A stretch of DNA of 64,000 nt from an uncultured Candidatus Saccharibacteria bacterium (GTDB lineage: Bacteria; Patescibacteriota; Minisyncoccia; Phycocordibacterales; UBA9973). The notes under the pieces were generated by a model. It saw only the letters and a list, made by a program, of their open reading frames with translations, was not told the DNA's origin and searched no databases. Below, in pieces: positions 19,408-29,926 of this stretch. The position numbers and the translations under genes are program-made. The stretch spans positions 2,072-66,071 of the forward strand of contig CAZUZL010000005.1 of the NCBI GenBank assembly GCA_964625065.1. The letters run 5' to 3'. Every line of letters begins with the position of its first letter. The first letter of the stretch is position 1.

Positions 19408-19662
19408 CTATTTTTTATTATACAATAGTTTTTGTTTTAATACCTCTCTTCCATAACCAGTCTTATAAAACCTTTCAGACTGTCTTGCTAGATCATATGT
19501 TATGTATGCTTCATAAAAAATTAAATCAAACGGGCGGTTTTTACTGGTATATATACCGCCAATTCCGTCATTATGTTCCTTAAACCTTCTTTTAAGATTA
19601 TCAGTACTACCTACATATAAACGGTTATTTTTCTTACTTTTTAAAACATACGTATAAAACAT
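19408..19662 (-). CDS. Small GIY-YIG nuclease family protein
   Basis: FYTYVL...LYVGST.NL.RR..EHN...YT...PF.L..YE...E...K.G.GR. Confidence 0.92.
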   Translation of the reverse strand: MFYTYVLKSKKNNRLYVGSTDNLKRRFKEHNDGIGGIYTSKNRPFDLIFYEAYITYDLARQSERFYKTGYGREVLKQKLLYNKK

Positions 19663-19669
19663 AAATTAT

Positions 19670-19725
19670 GTCCCTGCCTCGTCGGCAGGTCGCCGTAGAG
19701 GCGACTACCATTAGACGATCAGGCA
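19670..19725 (-). pseudogene. 5' tRNA-Gln fragment with two mini-hairpins inserted in the D-loop
   Basis: CTACCATTAGACGATC at 19705-19720 identical to 19384-19399. Confidence 0.75.
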
Positions 19726-19796
19726 ATAAGTCTTATTATACATAATTTATAAGGATTTTCAAGGTACTTAATTTTATGCTATACTTACAATCTTCT

Positions 19797-20993
19797 ATGA
19801 AAAAACCAACCATATCACCCAAAGCCATAATACTTTCCACCGTATTCCTAGACGTTGTAGGTATCGGTCTTATAATTCCAGTACTACCTTCGTATGTCGA
19901 ATCTTTTGGTGTGTCGCATCTTGCTGTAACCGCATTGTTTGCTGTGTTTGCATTGTGTGCGTTTTTATCCTCACCTATATTAGGTGTTATATCAGACCGT
20001 AAGGGCCGTCGGCCTGTGTTGTTAGTTAGTTTGGCGTCTAGTGCAGTAGGGTGGTTAATATTTGCATTTTCACACAGTGTAGTTGGTCTATTCATTGGCC
20101 GTATTATAGACGGGTCTGCAGCAGGTAACATATCTACAGCGCAGAACTACCTAGTGGACATATCTAAAGACGAAAAGGAACGCGGTCAAAACTTGGGGCT
20201 TATTGGGGCAGTGTTCGGTATTGCATTTATTATTGGTCCGCTAGTTGGTGGTTTGTTGTCTAGTTTTTATAAACCACTGCCGTTTATTGTTGTTGGTTTT
20301 CTAGCTGTAATAAACACAATACTGGCATACTTTTTCTTGCCCGAAACACACCACGAACGCAACCCAGAAAAAATGTCTTGGAACCCATTTGCACCCCTTG
20401 CTAAGGCAATGAAGTCTAAAACTTTAACACCGCTATATATAGCATGGTTGTTGTTCGGTATTGCTGCGTCGGCAAACCAGTCTGTGTTTGCATTATATTT
20501 ACAAGCCAAGTTTAGTTGGGGTGTAATAGCAGCGGGTACCATGATGGCAGTGGTTGGTATTGTTATTTCTATAAATCAGGCAGTTTTAATTAAAAAGTTT
20601 TGGTTAAAACGTTTTTCTCCGGCAATGTTAAACTTGTGGTTGTTAGTACCGTTTGCAATAGGGTATGTAGTTATGGCACTGCCATACAAATGGGTGTTTA
20701 TACTTGGTTTAATTGTTACTGCATTTGGACAGTCTGTTTACCGTGTTACTATGACCAGTCAAACAGTAGGTAAAGCAAGTAAAATGGAACAGGGCGAAAC
20801 CATGGGGGTATTGGCGTCACTTATGTCTTTATCTATGGTTATAGGGCCTTTATTGGGCGGTCTGGTGTATGGTTACGCACTACCGGCACCATTTTACCTT
20901 TCGGCTGTAATACTGGTTGTAGCGTTCGTTTTGTTATACCGTGCCAACATTAAAACCCCACCGATGGACATACCCGGCGTCCAGGCAATATAG
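19797..20993 (+). CDS. MFS transporter, TetA/DHA1-like
   Basis: LDVVGIGLIIPVLP, SDRKGRRPVLL, GRIIDG, GPLVGG. Confidence 0.92.
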   Translation: MKKPTISPKAIILSTVFLDVVGIGLIIPVLPSYVESFGVSHLAVTALFAVFALCAFLSSPILGVISDRKGRRPVLLVSLASSAVGWLIFAFSHSVVGLFIGRIIDGSAAGNISTAQNYLVDISKDEKERGQNLGLIGAVFGIAFIIGPLVGGLLSSFYKPLPFIVVGFLAVINTILAYFFLPETHHERNPEKMSWNPFAPLAKAMKSKTLTPLYIAWLLFGIAASANQSVFALYLQAKFSWGVIAAGTMMAVVGIVISINQAVLIKKFWLKRFSPAMLNLWLLVPFAIGYVVMALPYKWVFILGLIVTAFGQSVYRVTMTSQTVGKASKMEQGETMGVLASLMSLSMVIGPLLGGLVYGYALPAPFYLSAVILVVAFVLLYRANIKTPPMDIPGVQAI

Positions 20994-21006
20994 TATAATT
21001 ATATAT

Positions 21007-21543
21007 ATGAAAATAATCGTTGCGTCATTAAATAAACAAAAAATATCTGCTGTCGAAGAAACAATAAAAGACTACCCAATGTTTTTTGAAGCAACAGTTG
21101 TTGGAATGGAAGTTTCTACTGGAGTTTCTGATCAACCGAAGTCTTTGAATGAAACAGTACAAGGTGCAATCAATAGAGCAAAATCAGCTTGGGGCAATTG
21201 TGATTATAGTATTGGTATAGAAAGTGGTGTAGTCGATGTTCCATTTACAAAAACAGGTATGATGGACACTTGTGTATGTGCAATTTATGATGGAAACGAA
21301 ATTCATCTTGGGCTTTCGTCCGCATTTGAACCACCGAAACTAGTTGCGAAATATATGCACGAAGGCATGAACATGTCTGACGCAACTTTTGCTGCGGGTT
21401 TAACTGAAAATAAAAAGATTGGTGCAAGTGAAGGTCTAGTTGGTATTTTAACCAACGGACGACTTACTAGACTAGGTTATACCAAACAAGCTCTAACAAC
21501 TGCGTTAATACATTTAGAAAACGAACATCTATACAAACAATAG
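21007..21543 (+). CDS. yjjX: Inosine/xanthosine triphosphatase (YjjX/DUF84)
   Basis: VAS.N..K, GVSDQP....ET..GA.NRA, IGIESG, G.VGILT.GRLTR. Confidence 0.88.
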   Translation: MKIIVASLNKQKISAVEETIKDYPMFFEATVVGMEVSTGVSDQPKSLNETVQGAINRAKSAWGNCDYSIGIESGVVDVPFTKTGMMDTCVCAIYDGNEIHLGLSSAFEPPKLVAKYMHEGMNMSDATFAAGLTENKKIGASEGLVGILTNGRLTRLGYTKQALTTALIHLENEHLYKQ

Positions 21544-21595
21544 CTAACAATTAAGTACATGTATAACGGTATTTAAATTGTGATATAATAAAAAT

Positions 21596-22231
21596 ATGAA
21601 ACAACTACGCATGGAACAACTAGCAGACGGTATATTTGCTATCGTTATGACTTTATTAGTTTTTGAAATACATGTACCTGACTTAAACGGGGTAGTAACA
21701 GCTGGTAAACTAGCTATGGCCATGTTGTCTAACATACCCGCTGTACTATCTTTTATACTTAGTTTTATTTTACTTTTTACATACTGGCGTAGCCACCATT
21801 TTATAACATCTGTTTTTGCTAAAAACATAGACATAAATATGACAAACATAAATGCAATTTTCCTGTTGTTTGTCGCATTGGTGCCTTTTTCGTCTAGTTT
21901 GTTGGGTAGGTATTCTACAAACATATTTGCCATAATTATATTTTCTTTGCACGTTATATTTATCGGCTTGTCTTTATACAGAATGCGCCGTTATGCAGAA
22001 AAATCTGTACAAATAGAAACAGACGTAATAACTGTTTACGAACGTAACCATGCATATGTACGTATATTGTTTCCAGTATTCTGTGCAGTTGTGGCTATAG
22101 GTGTAGCGTACTACAGTACAACATTGTCACTATTTTTGTTGACTATAGGTATACTTTTCAACTTGTCTAAACACAGTACTTCTTATATATTTGCATTCTT
22201 GCGTTTGTTTAATAGAAATCTGGAAGGGTAG
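21596..22231 (+). CDS. TMEM175-family (DUF1211) channel-like membrane protein
   Basis: R.E.LADGIFAIVMTLLV; YW..HH; LVPF. Confidence 0.9.
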   Translation: MKQLRMEQLADGIFAIVMTLLVFEIHVPDLNGVVTAGKLAMAMLSNIPAVLSFILSFILLFTYWRSHHFITSVFAKNIDINMTNINAIFLLFVALVPFSSSLLGRYSTNIFAIIIFSLHVIFIGLSLYRMRRYAEKSVQIETDVITVYERNHAYVRILFPVFCAVVAIGVAYYSTTLSLFLLTIGILFNLSKHSTSYIFAFLRLFNRNLEG

Positions 22232-22274
22232 TTCCTCGCCCTATGTAGGGGGAAGTGCCGAAGGCGGAGGGGGT
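22232..22274. repeat. REP-like GC-rich element
   Basis: TTCCTC-GCCCTATGTAGG-GGGAA-GTGCCGAAGGCGGAGGGGG intergenic. Confidence 0.5.
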
Positions 22275-22333
22275 ATGTGCTGGCTGAAATTAAAAAACAC
22301 CAGCCAGGTGTTTTTTATTTATGTAAAATCTTT

Positions 22334-23263
22334 TTAAGAATTTGCTATACCTAACAACTGTAAGAATTCTGCTAATTCTTTACCTTTTATTTCACGGTAT
22401 GAACCTAATGGTAGTTTACCCAGTTCAATGTTCATTACACGGAAACGACTTAGTTTATCTACTTCAAAACCTAAGGCTTTACACATACGTCGTATTTGGC
22501 GGTTACGGCCTTCGGTTAGAACTATTTCAAATGTATGGTTGTCTATACGTCGGATTTTAGTTGGGCGTGTAAGTTCGCGTGGGGTTATACGTACACCGTC
22601 GCGCATTTTAGCAAGAAACTGGTGTGTAATAGCACGGTTAACTACTACGCGGTATTCTTTGTCGTGTTCACGTTGTGGCGACAGTAAACGGTCTGTAACA
22701 CGTCCGTCGTTTGTCATTATTAGTAGACCACTCGAGTCTTTGTCTAGACGTCCAACAGGAAACACATTGGCATTAAATTCTGTTACCATGCGTATGTCGC
22801 GTTCGCCCTCCTGCGCACCTATGGTAACTATGCCAACTGGTTTGTTATATGCAAAATATACAGGTTGTTCACGCTTTTGTCCGACAATGTCTATCTGGTC
22901 AGTAGGTAATACTTTTTGGCCTATACTAGCAATCTGCCCGTTAACAATAACAATACCGTCGGCCAACATTGCGTCTGCCATTTTACGTGTAGCTATGCCA
23001 AGTTCAGAAAGGCGTTTGTTTATGCGTACAGCGCCGTTAGCAGACTTCTTCGGTATAGGGCTTTTACCTTTTGCTTTAACAGGTGTGCCATCTGGGTTTA
23101 CTACTGGTCTAACACCTGTGTGTGTAGTGTTTGTACCTGCAACTGCCTTTACTCTAGGCGCTGGTTTCCAACCACGAGGCACTTCAATACCTGACGCCTT
23201 CATTTTTTTGATGATGGCTTTTTTCTTATTAGCTGCGTGTTTTTTCTTACCTAGTTTTGTCAT
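22334..23263 (-). CDS. rRNA pseudouridine synthase (RluB/RluF/RsuA family) with basic N-terminal extension
   Basis: S4 domain RINKRL; VGRLDKDSSGLL.MTNDG; EGRNRQIRRM. Confidence 0.93.
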   Translation of the reverse strand: MTKLGKKKHAANKKKAIIKKMKASGIEVPRGWKPAPRVKAVAGTNTTHTGVRPVVNPDGTPVKAKGKSPIPKKSANGAVRINKRLSELGIATRKMADAMLADGIVIVNGQIASIGQKVLPTDQIDIVGQKREQPVYFAYNKPVGIVTIGAQEGERDIRMVTEFNANVFPVGRLDKDSSGLLIMTNDGRVTDRLLSPQREHDKEYRVVVNRAITHQFLAKMRDGVRITPRELTRPTKIRRIDNHTFEIVLTEGRNRQIRRMCKALGFEVDKLSRFRVMNIELGKLPLGSYREIKGKELAEFLQLLGIANS

Positions 23264-24413
23264 ATAGTTCGTGTACGTTGTTAGTTGCGTATAATGTAAT
23301 CATAACAGTTAACCCTAATAATAGATACAGCACGTCTTTGTTAGCAAAATATATAACAAAAGACCCTATAATAGGCATAACAACATATGCAAACGGTGCC
23401 ATTGAACGGAAAACCCATAAAGTTTCTACGTCGCCTTCGGCTGTGTTTTCAAAAAAGTTGTATTCAGAAACAGCTTCTATTGTTGCTGCACCAACACGTG
23501 TTAAAAATAGTGTTAATGCTAACAATGCTATATTGCCAGTAGGTATAAATGGCAAAGACATTGTTGCCAGTGCCATTATTATAATAGCGGTGCGAAGTAG
23601 TTTTTTCTGGCTTACACCCATGTCTACTAATATACCAATAGGGTACTGAAGCAAAACAAACGCAGACAGCATAACTGTAAAAATAATACCAATGTTTGTA
23701 GACGACAAACCATGCACTGTGCGTAGGTATGAAGCTATGTATATAACCATCCATACATAGAACCACTGTAGGGTAAAGTTTATAACCATAATGCTACGTA
23801 ATGCCGGTTTTGCCCAAGTGTTTTTTATGGCTTTTAGAATAGATGTATGTGCACGTGCTTTGTGTTCAATGTTTTTTAAACTACTATGTATAACTATAAA
23901 CAGTACTAGTAAAACTACAAAACTAATTGCATACACAGACGCAATACCTATTTTGTCTGTACTGAAACCGGCAATAGATGGCGCAAAAAGCCAACCCAAG
24001 TTTACCGCTAGTAAATATAGTCCACGTATATGGCCTGTTGTAGTTGGTGTTAGGTAGTGTTCCAGTACCAAGTCGTACAAGAAAAAACCAAACGACGTTA
24101 GCACCATATAGCACAGTAAACCTGCAACTATAACTGCACCCACAGAACCGTACAATACAAAACCTAATCCTGCCAACAGTAAACCTAGTGTATATAGAAG
24201 GGTTTTTCTAATACCAAATTTATTAATTATAGAATTAGAATAAGAAACTACAATAACAGTTAGTATAGAAGCTAATGTATATAAAATTCCAACCCAAGAT
24301 TCGCTAATGTATTTTTCAAAAAAAGTAGCATTAGTGTATGTTGTTACCGCTGCCTGGAATGCAAACAGTACAGTTGCAGCTAGTATTATTTTTAGTTGCC
24401 TTGGGTACTTCAT
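23247..24413 (-). CDS. MFS transporter
   Basis: About 12 hydrophobic segments over 388 aa. Confidence 0.8.
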   Translation of the reverse strand: MKYPRQLKIILAATVLFAFQAAVTTYTNATFFEKYISESWVGILYTLASILTVIVVSYSNSIINKFGIRKTLLYTLGLLLAGLGFVLYGSVGAVIVAGLLCYMVLTSFGFFLYDLVLEHYLTPTTTGHIRGLYLLAVNLGWLFAPSIAGFSTDKIGIASVYAISFVVLLVLFIVIHSSLKNIEHKARAHTSILKAIKNTWAKPALRSIMVINFTLQWFYVWMVIYIASYLRTVHGLSSTNIGIIFTVMLSAFVLLQYPIGILVDMGVSQKKLLRTAIIIMALATMSLPFIPTGNIALLALTLFLTRVGAATIEAVSEYNFFENTAEGDVETLWVFRSMAPFAYVVMPIIGSFVIYFANKDVLYLLLGLTVMITLYATNNVHELYDKTR

Positions 24414-24415
24414 AT

Positions 24416-26416
24416 TTAGAATGTCATTAATACTGGTATAACAACAGGGCGTTTTGCTGTTTTTTGGAATAGGAATTTAGAAACAGTTTCGCCAACAGCG
24501 TTTTTAATTGCGTCTACATTGTTTGCACTTACGCGGGCGTATTCAACTTCTACAGTCTTTTTAACCATGGTACGTACAGTGTGGAACAGTTCTTGGTTTT
24601 CCTTGATATAAACGAAACCTCTGGAAATAATGTCTACAGATTTTTTAAGTCTGCCACTACCAGCGTCTATAGCTGCAATAACTATAAATATACCGTCTTG
24701 AGAAAGCATACCGCGGTCGCGTATAACAACGTTTTGTTCGTCGCCAACACTAAACCCGTCTACCATCATGGCTGACGCTGGGGCTTTTTCTTTGCGTACA
24801 CCTATTTTAGTACCGTTGTCTGTAATTTCGATAATACTACCGTTGTCTGGCACTATTATGTTTTCTTCGGCCATACCTAGGTCCATAACTAGTTCCTTGT
24901 GTAGTTGTAGGCGGAAGTGGTTACCGTGTATAGGAATAAAGAATTTTTCTTTAACTTTTCTGTGTAGCCATTTAACGTCTTCTTTGTTTCCGTGGCCGGT
25001 TGCGTGAACATATTCTTCGCCCGGGGTACGGTAACTGATAATTTTAACGCCTTGTCTAGCTAGACCGTCTTTCATTTTTTCTACACCACGTTCGTTACCT
25101 GGAATAATAGATGCTGAAAGCACAATACGGTCGCCCTTTTTAAGCATTAGCTTTTTATTTGTTTTGTTTGCAACACGGTTTAGACCGCCAAATTCTTCAC
25201 CTTGGGCACCTGTAATTAAAACAAGTATTTTGTTAGGTGGGTAGTTGTCTATTTCGTCCAAAGGTATAATGGTTTCTTTTTTAATTTTAAGTAAACCAGC
25301 CTGTATAGCTATTTCAATGTTTGTTTTCATTGAACGGCCTTCTAGAACTATTTTTTTACCAAGTTCTTCGGCAACTTGAACAATGCGTATAAGTCTAGTT
25401 AGGTGTGAAGCAAATGCCGCAATAAATATACGGTTGTTGCTTTCACGGCGTAGAATGTTTTCTATACCTTGGTGCACCTTTATTTCAGGCAAAGCAAAAC
25501 CTTCGTTTTCAATGTTTGTTGAATCTGTCATTAACAACAATGTGTTTGCATTGTCGAAAATTTTGTATTCTTTTTCTTCGTGTTCAGTTGGTATACCGTC
25601 TAGGTGGTCAAGTTTGTAGTCGCCTGGGTTTACTATCCAGCCGTATGGTGTGTCGATAATAACACCCATAGAGTCAGGTATAGTATGTGTAACACCCCAG
25701 AATTTAACCTTCATGTTACCCATGGTTATAACTTCGTCTTTTTCAACGTTTATAGCGTTTAGTGCTGGTAGGTGAGGGAATTCACTTTGTCTTTTCTTAA
25801 GCATTAATATAGTTAATGCACGTGAATATACAGGTGGGTTGCCAATACGTGACAGTACCAAAGGCACACCACCGATGTGGTCTAAGTGGCCGTGGGTTAT
25901 TATAAGGGCGCGTATTTTGTCTTTTCTTTCTTCTAGGTAACGTGTGTTTGGTATAACATAGTCTATACCTGGTGTGTCTTCTGTAGAAAAATGCATACCT
26001 GCGTCGATAACAATAATGTCGTCGCCGATTTCGATGGCGGTCATGTTTTTACCGATTTCTTCTACGCCACCTAGGGGTATTATGCGTATTACACCTGGGG
26101 CAACAGCTGGTATGTTGTCGCTGACGCGTTTAACTTCACGTTCCATTGATACTGGTGGGGCCTTTGGTTTGCGTTGTGCACCAAATTTTGAATACTGAAA
26201 ACTACCAGAACGTTTAGCACTGCTGTTTTGGTTGTTGTTAGTAAAACGTCGTGGGCCTGCTGGTGTTGTTGCACGGGCTAGGGCGTCGCCCAACGAGTCT
26301 TTAACTGGGGCTGTGCCAGTTTGTGCTGGTCTAGCGGTACCCAGGTATGGTCGGCGGGGGTGGTTGTTTCTATTGTGTTGCGGTCTTGCTGAATTTTGTT
26401 TGTTTTGTGGTTCCAT
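24416..26416 (-). CDS. rnj: Ribonuclease J with disordered N-terminal extension
   Basis: IIPLGGVEEIGKNM, THGHLDHIG, HATGH, PIHG. Confidence 0.96.
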   Translation of the reverse strand: MEPQNKQNSARPQHNRNNHPRRPYLGTARPAQTGTAPVKDSLGDALARATTPAGPRRFTNNNQNSSAKRSGSFQYSKFGAQRKPKAPPVSMEREVKRVSDNIPAVAPGVIRIIPLGGVEEIGKNMTAIEIGDDIIVIDAGMHFSTEDTPGIDYVIPNTRYLEERKDKIRALIITHGHLDHIGGVPLVLSRIGNPPVYSRALTILMLKKRQSEFPHLPALNAINVEKDEVITMGNMKVKFWGVTHTIPDSMGVIIDTPYGWIVNPGDYKLDHLDGIPTEHEEKEYKIFDNANTLLLMTDSTNIENEGFALPEIKVHQGIENILRRESNNRIFIAAFASHLTRLIRIVQVAEELGKKIVLEGRSMKTNIEIAIQAGLLKIKKETIIPLDEIDNYPPNKILVLITGAQGEEFGGLNRVANKTNKKLMLKKGDRIVLSASIIPGNERGVEKMKDGLARQGVKIISYRTPGEEYVHATGHGNKEDVKWLHRKVKEKFFIPIHGNHFRLQLHKELVMDLGMAEENIIVPDNGSIIEITDNGTKIGVRKEKAPASAMMVDGFSVGDEQNVVIRDRGMLSQDGIFIVIAAIDAGSGRLKKSVDIISRGFVYIKENQELFHTVRTMVKKTVEVEYARVSANNVDAIKNAVGETVSKFLFQKTAKRPVVIPVLMTF

Positions 26417-26426
26417 AAATTTAATG

Positions 26427-28292
26427 TTAATTGTTATTTTCTATTTCTGTATTTGTTTCGGTTAATTTCTTGTCTTTGTTAAAAAATGTATAAACAGGTT
26501 GTGTAACTAAAGCCCAGTTTGAAACTGATGCAAAACGTTCTTTAGGTGAACTAATGTTTGTTGTTGCGTAGCCAGTTAGGTTTTTGTTTGTAATGTATAT
26601 GTACGAAGGGCTGTATAGGAATATGGCTGGCATGTCTTTGACTAATGTTGTAATGGTCTGGTCTACAAGTTCTGACTGTATTTCTGGATCTGTTTCTGTA
26701 AGTAATGATTCTAAGAATTTGTCGACATTTTTGTCAGCGTATTCGGTTATGTTTAGACCAGGGTCTTTGCGTTGGCTAGAATGCCAGAATGCATACATGT
26801 CAGTAGGGGTACTAACAGACTGTGCGTATAGTAGTACTTCAAAATTTCTGTTTCTGATTACGTCGTTATGTAGTGTGCTTTGGTCTATGTAGTTTATAGA
26901 AACGTTTATACCAATGTCGTGTAGTTGTGTTTGTATAAGTTCTGCAACTTGGCGTAGTTCAGGTGTGTCTAGTGTTGTAACTGTAAACGAAGCTTCTGTT
27001 GGTGTGCCTGCTACAGACACTGTTTTAGAAACTACTTTTTTAGTTGTTTTTTTACCAACTTTTACAGACACTGTTTCCTGTACTGTTTTACTAGTAACCT
27101 GTGGGTGTTCGTAAACACCTGAAACGTTTTTCTTCCAACCTGCGTTTTCTAGTATTGCCAACCCTTTTTCTATTTCAATGTTTCTGTCTATTTCTAGTGG
27201 GCTAACTATAGAAGTCGGAACTGGTAAATTTGTAGCTTGTCCGTGGCCATATAGTGCGTCTTTTACTATTTGCTCGCGGTTTATTAGTAGGTCTAATGCA
27301 CGTATAACATGTGGGTCAGAAAAAACACTAGACTTGTTTTTGTTTATAAAAAGTCCGAACACTCGTGTAAATGTATTGTCGTATATTTCGTGGCTGTTTT
27401 TACTTGCTGAAACTGCTTTTGGGTTTACACCACCGGCTTGGTCTACTACACCACCAGTTAGTGCGTTTTCTAGGCCTGTTTCGTTTTCATAGAAAGACAA
27501 AACTATCTTAGAAATGTTCGGTGTTCTGTTTGGGTTTTTTGTGTTTCTGTTTAGTACTATTTCGTTTATAGCACCGTTTGTATCCAAGGTTTTTTTAGAT
27601 ATTTTGTATGGTCCGGTTCCAACAGATGCAATAGTGTATGCATTGGGTTGTAGTTGTTCTGGTGCAGTGTTACCCCAAATGTGTTCGGGTACTATACCTG
27701 TAGTTGCAAGTTCTAAGAAACGTGAAAAAGGTCTTTTGAGTTTAAACACAACTGTGTTTCCGTCTGGGGCAGTTACTGTTATACCTTCCCATAGTATTTT
27801 CTTAGGGCTTTTTGTTGCTGGGTTTTGTATTGTTTGTATTGTGTAAACTACGTCTTTTGATGTAACAGCTGTTCCGTCTGAAAAACGCATTTTAGGCGCT
27901 ATTGTAAATGTATAGGTAAGTTCGTCGTTAGACACAGTGTAGTTCTGCGCAATGTCAGGTGTAAAACTACCATCGGCTTCCTTATGTATTAAACCTGAAT
28001 ATACCAAACTAGAAATGTCGCGGTCTGCGTCGCTAAGTGCAAACACTGGGTTTATCTGGGCAGGTTTACCTATAATACCTTCACGTAATGTGCCACCAAC
28101 GTCTGGTACAAATGTAACAAAATTGTAGTTAATGCGTAAAAGTATAGTAAAAACAGAAAGTATAAATACAGCAACTAATGCGCCGTAACCTAACCATTGT
28201 TTTAAAGAAAAGCTTTGAACTGCTACCCGAAGTTCTTCACGTGATGCAAAAATGTTGCGGGGTTTTTTTAAGAAGCGAAGTATGTTTTCCAT
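26427..28292 (-). CDS. ABC transporter substrate-binding protein, family 5 (OppA-like)
   Basis: LVYSGL...PDIA..Y.VS.D...YTF, FSDG..VT..DV, GTGPY, WHSSQ. Confidence 0.88.
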   Translation of the reverse strand: MENILRFLKKPRNIFASREELRVAVQSFSLKQWLGYGALVAVFILSVFTILLRINYNFVTFVPDVGGTLREGIIGKPAQINPVFALSDADRDISSLVYSGLIHKEADGSFTPDIAQNYTVSNDELTYTFTIAPKMRFSDGTAVTSKDVVYTIQTIQNPATKSPKKILWEGITVTAPDGNTVVFKLKRPFSRFLELATTGIVPEHIWGNTAPEQLQPNAYTIASVGTGPYKISKKTLDTNGAINEIVLNRNTKNPNRTPNISKIVLSFYENETGLENALTGGVVDQAGGVNPKAVSASKNSHEIYDNTFTRVFGLFINKNKSSVFSDPHVIRALDLLINREQIVKDALYGHGQATNLPVPTSIVSPLEIDRNIEIEKGLAILENAGWKKNVSGVYEHPQVTSKTVQETVSVKVGKKTTKKVVSKTVSVAGTPTEASFTVTTLDTPELRQVAELIQTQLHDIGINVSINYIDQSTLHNDVIRNRNFEVLLYAQSVSTPTDMYAFWHSSQRKDPGLNITEYADKNVDKFLESLLTETDPEIQSELVDQTITTLVKDMPAIFLYSPSYIYITNKNLTGYATTNISSPKERFASVSNWALVTQPVYTFFNKDKKLTETNTEIENNN

Positions 28293-28403
28293 ATAATAAG
28301 AAACTAAAAGTTTATAACATAATAGTTAGAATGATTAATGTACAGGTAAAAATACCCATATATGAGAAGAGTATAAGCAATTTAACTTAAAACCAAACGT
28401 GAT

Positions 28404-28640
28404 TTATTTCGGAAATACAAGTGTAAGTATAGTACTAACAACGAAAATAATAGCAACAACCATTGTTGTTACAAATAGTACTTTTTCAAATCCGCGACGT
28501 GTGGTGTGGATTGAACTTGCTTCGCCACCACCAAAAGCACTACCAGCACTGGCGCCAGTTTGTTGGAGTAGGATAGAAAGTATAAGGATACAAGAAGTCG
28601 TTATCTGGATCCACGGTAAGAGAGATTGCATAATTCCCAT
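28404..28640 (-). CDS. secG: Preprotein translocase subunit SecG
   Basis: ILLQQ.GA..GSAFGG...TRRGFEK.LF. Confidence 0.92.
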   Translation of the reverse strand: MGIMQSLLPWIQITTSCILILSILLQQTGASAGSAFGGGEASSIHTTRRGFEKVLFVTTMVVAIIFVVSTILTLVFPK

Positions 28641-28738
28641 ACCAACTATAGTAGCATATGGGGCCAATATGTGCAAACTACCATGTTGCTTTAATTCCAA
28701 AATTGCCTCATTATATATATGTGATAGAAAAATATCTT

Positions 28739-29506
28739 ATGAATTATGATGAATACAACAGTAGTCGTCATACAGCGCCGTATTCATATATTTATACTCA
28801 TAATGGGCAGTATATTTATTATATGGGGGTTAGCCATTCTGCTGATCCTAAAAATCCAATGTACGACACAATACGTGCTTTTTGGCAGGACTTTCTAAGT
28901 CATGCGGACAAAGATAAAGCGATTGTTTTTATAGAAGGTGGTGACTGGCCAATGTCAGAATCAGAAGAACAGGCAATATTAAAAGGTGGGGATAGTCAGT
29001 TTACAAAATATATAGCAACACGTGATGTCGTAGAAACATTTTCGCCAGAACCACCAGATGAGGAAAAATTTAAATACTTTTTACAGCATTTTACTAAAGA
29101 CGAAATAGTTTATTACGAATTTGCCCGCATGGCCCACCAGTGGAACAAACTTCTTGAAAAGCCTGATTTTGATGTTTATATAGAAGGTATTTTCCAGTCA
29201 GTAAAAAGGAGTACTCAGTGGACAGATTTCGATTTCTCAATAAATCACATGGCCGAAATTGAAAACCAGTTATTTGGTCGTGATTTTGACAAAAATGACA
29301 GAGATTTTTACAACCACATCATAAACCCAACTATTCCGGCAACTAGTCGTATTAACGAATTGTCACGTTTCGAAGATAGTGGCTACAGAGACAGATATAT
29401 ATTAGGCCAAATAGAAAAATACTGGCACGAAGGTAAAAACATGTTTATTGTCTATGGCTATACCCATGCTATTATGCAGGAACCCGCAATACGAAAATTG
29501 GATTAA
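28739..29506 (+). CDS. Hypothetical protein
   Basis: 255-aa soluble ORF; G.SH, IEGG, VYG.TH motifs. Confidence 0.7.
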   Translation: MNYDEYNSSRHTAPYSYIYTHNGQYIYYMGVSHSADPKNPMYDTIRAFWQDFLSHADKDKAIVFIEGGDWPMSESEEQAILKGGDSQFTKYIATRDVVETFSPEPPDEEKFKYFLQHFTKDEIVYYEFARMAHQWNKLLEKPDFDVYIEGIFQSVKRSTQWTDFDFSINHMAEIENQLFGRDFDKNDRDFYNHIINPTIPATSRINELSRFEDSGYRDRYILGQIEKYWHEGKNMFIVYGYTHAIMQEPAIRKLD

Positions 29507-29593
29507 ACACTATATAATACAAGTCCTTAAAGTGGTATTTTAGTTATACACATCTGTTTTGATTGCAGTCTAAAATGGTGTATAATAGTGGGT

Positions 29594-29926
29594 ATGAGTC
29601 GGAAGATGATAAAAAACGCCAGCTACTATTCAATAACACTGTGTTTGACAGTGATGTTGTTATGCTCGGGCGCATTTGCTGCCCAGGCGCGTGTTGTGCG
29701 TGAAGTATCTAATACCAACGAATCTACCATGGCAGTTGGTGGTACATGTTCTACCAGTACCGTTATAACCAATGCTGACCGTAACACCATTTCTGCACTA
29801 TTAGTAGGTACCACCATAACCCAACCAATACCTAGTACCGAAACCGTAATATGTTCTGGAACCACACCACTACTGTCTGTTGCATCTAGTTCCGAACGTA
29901 CGCGTGCACCCCCTGTAAATGCCTAA
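29594..29926 (+). CDS. Small secreted protein ending in RAPP (candidate translation-arrest peptide)
   Basis: Signal peptide ...GAFAAQA; Thr/Ser-rich linker; C-terminus ERTRAPPVNA. Confidence 0.55.
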   Translation: MSRKMIKNASYYSITLCLTVMLLCSGAFAAQARVVREVSNTNESTMAVGGTCSTSTVITNADRNTISALLVGTTITQPIPSTETVICSGTTPLLSVASSSERTRAPPVNA

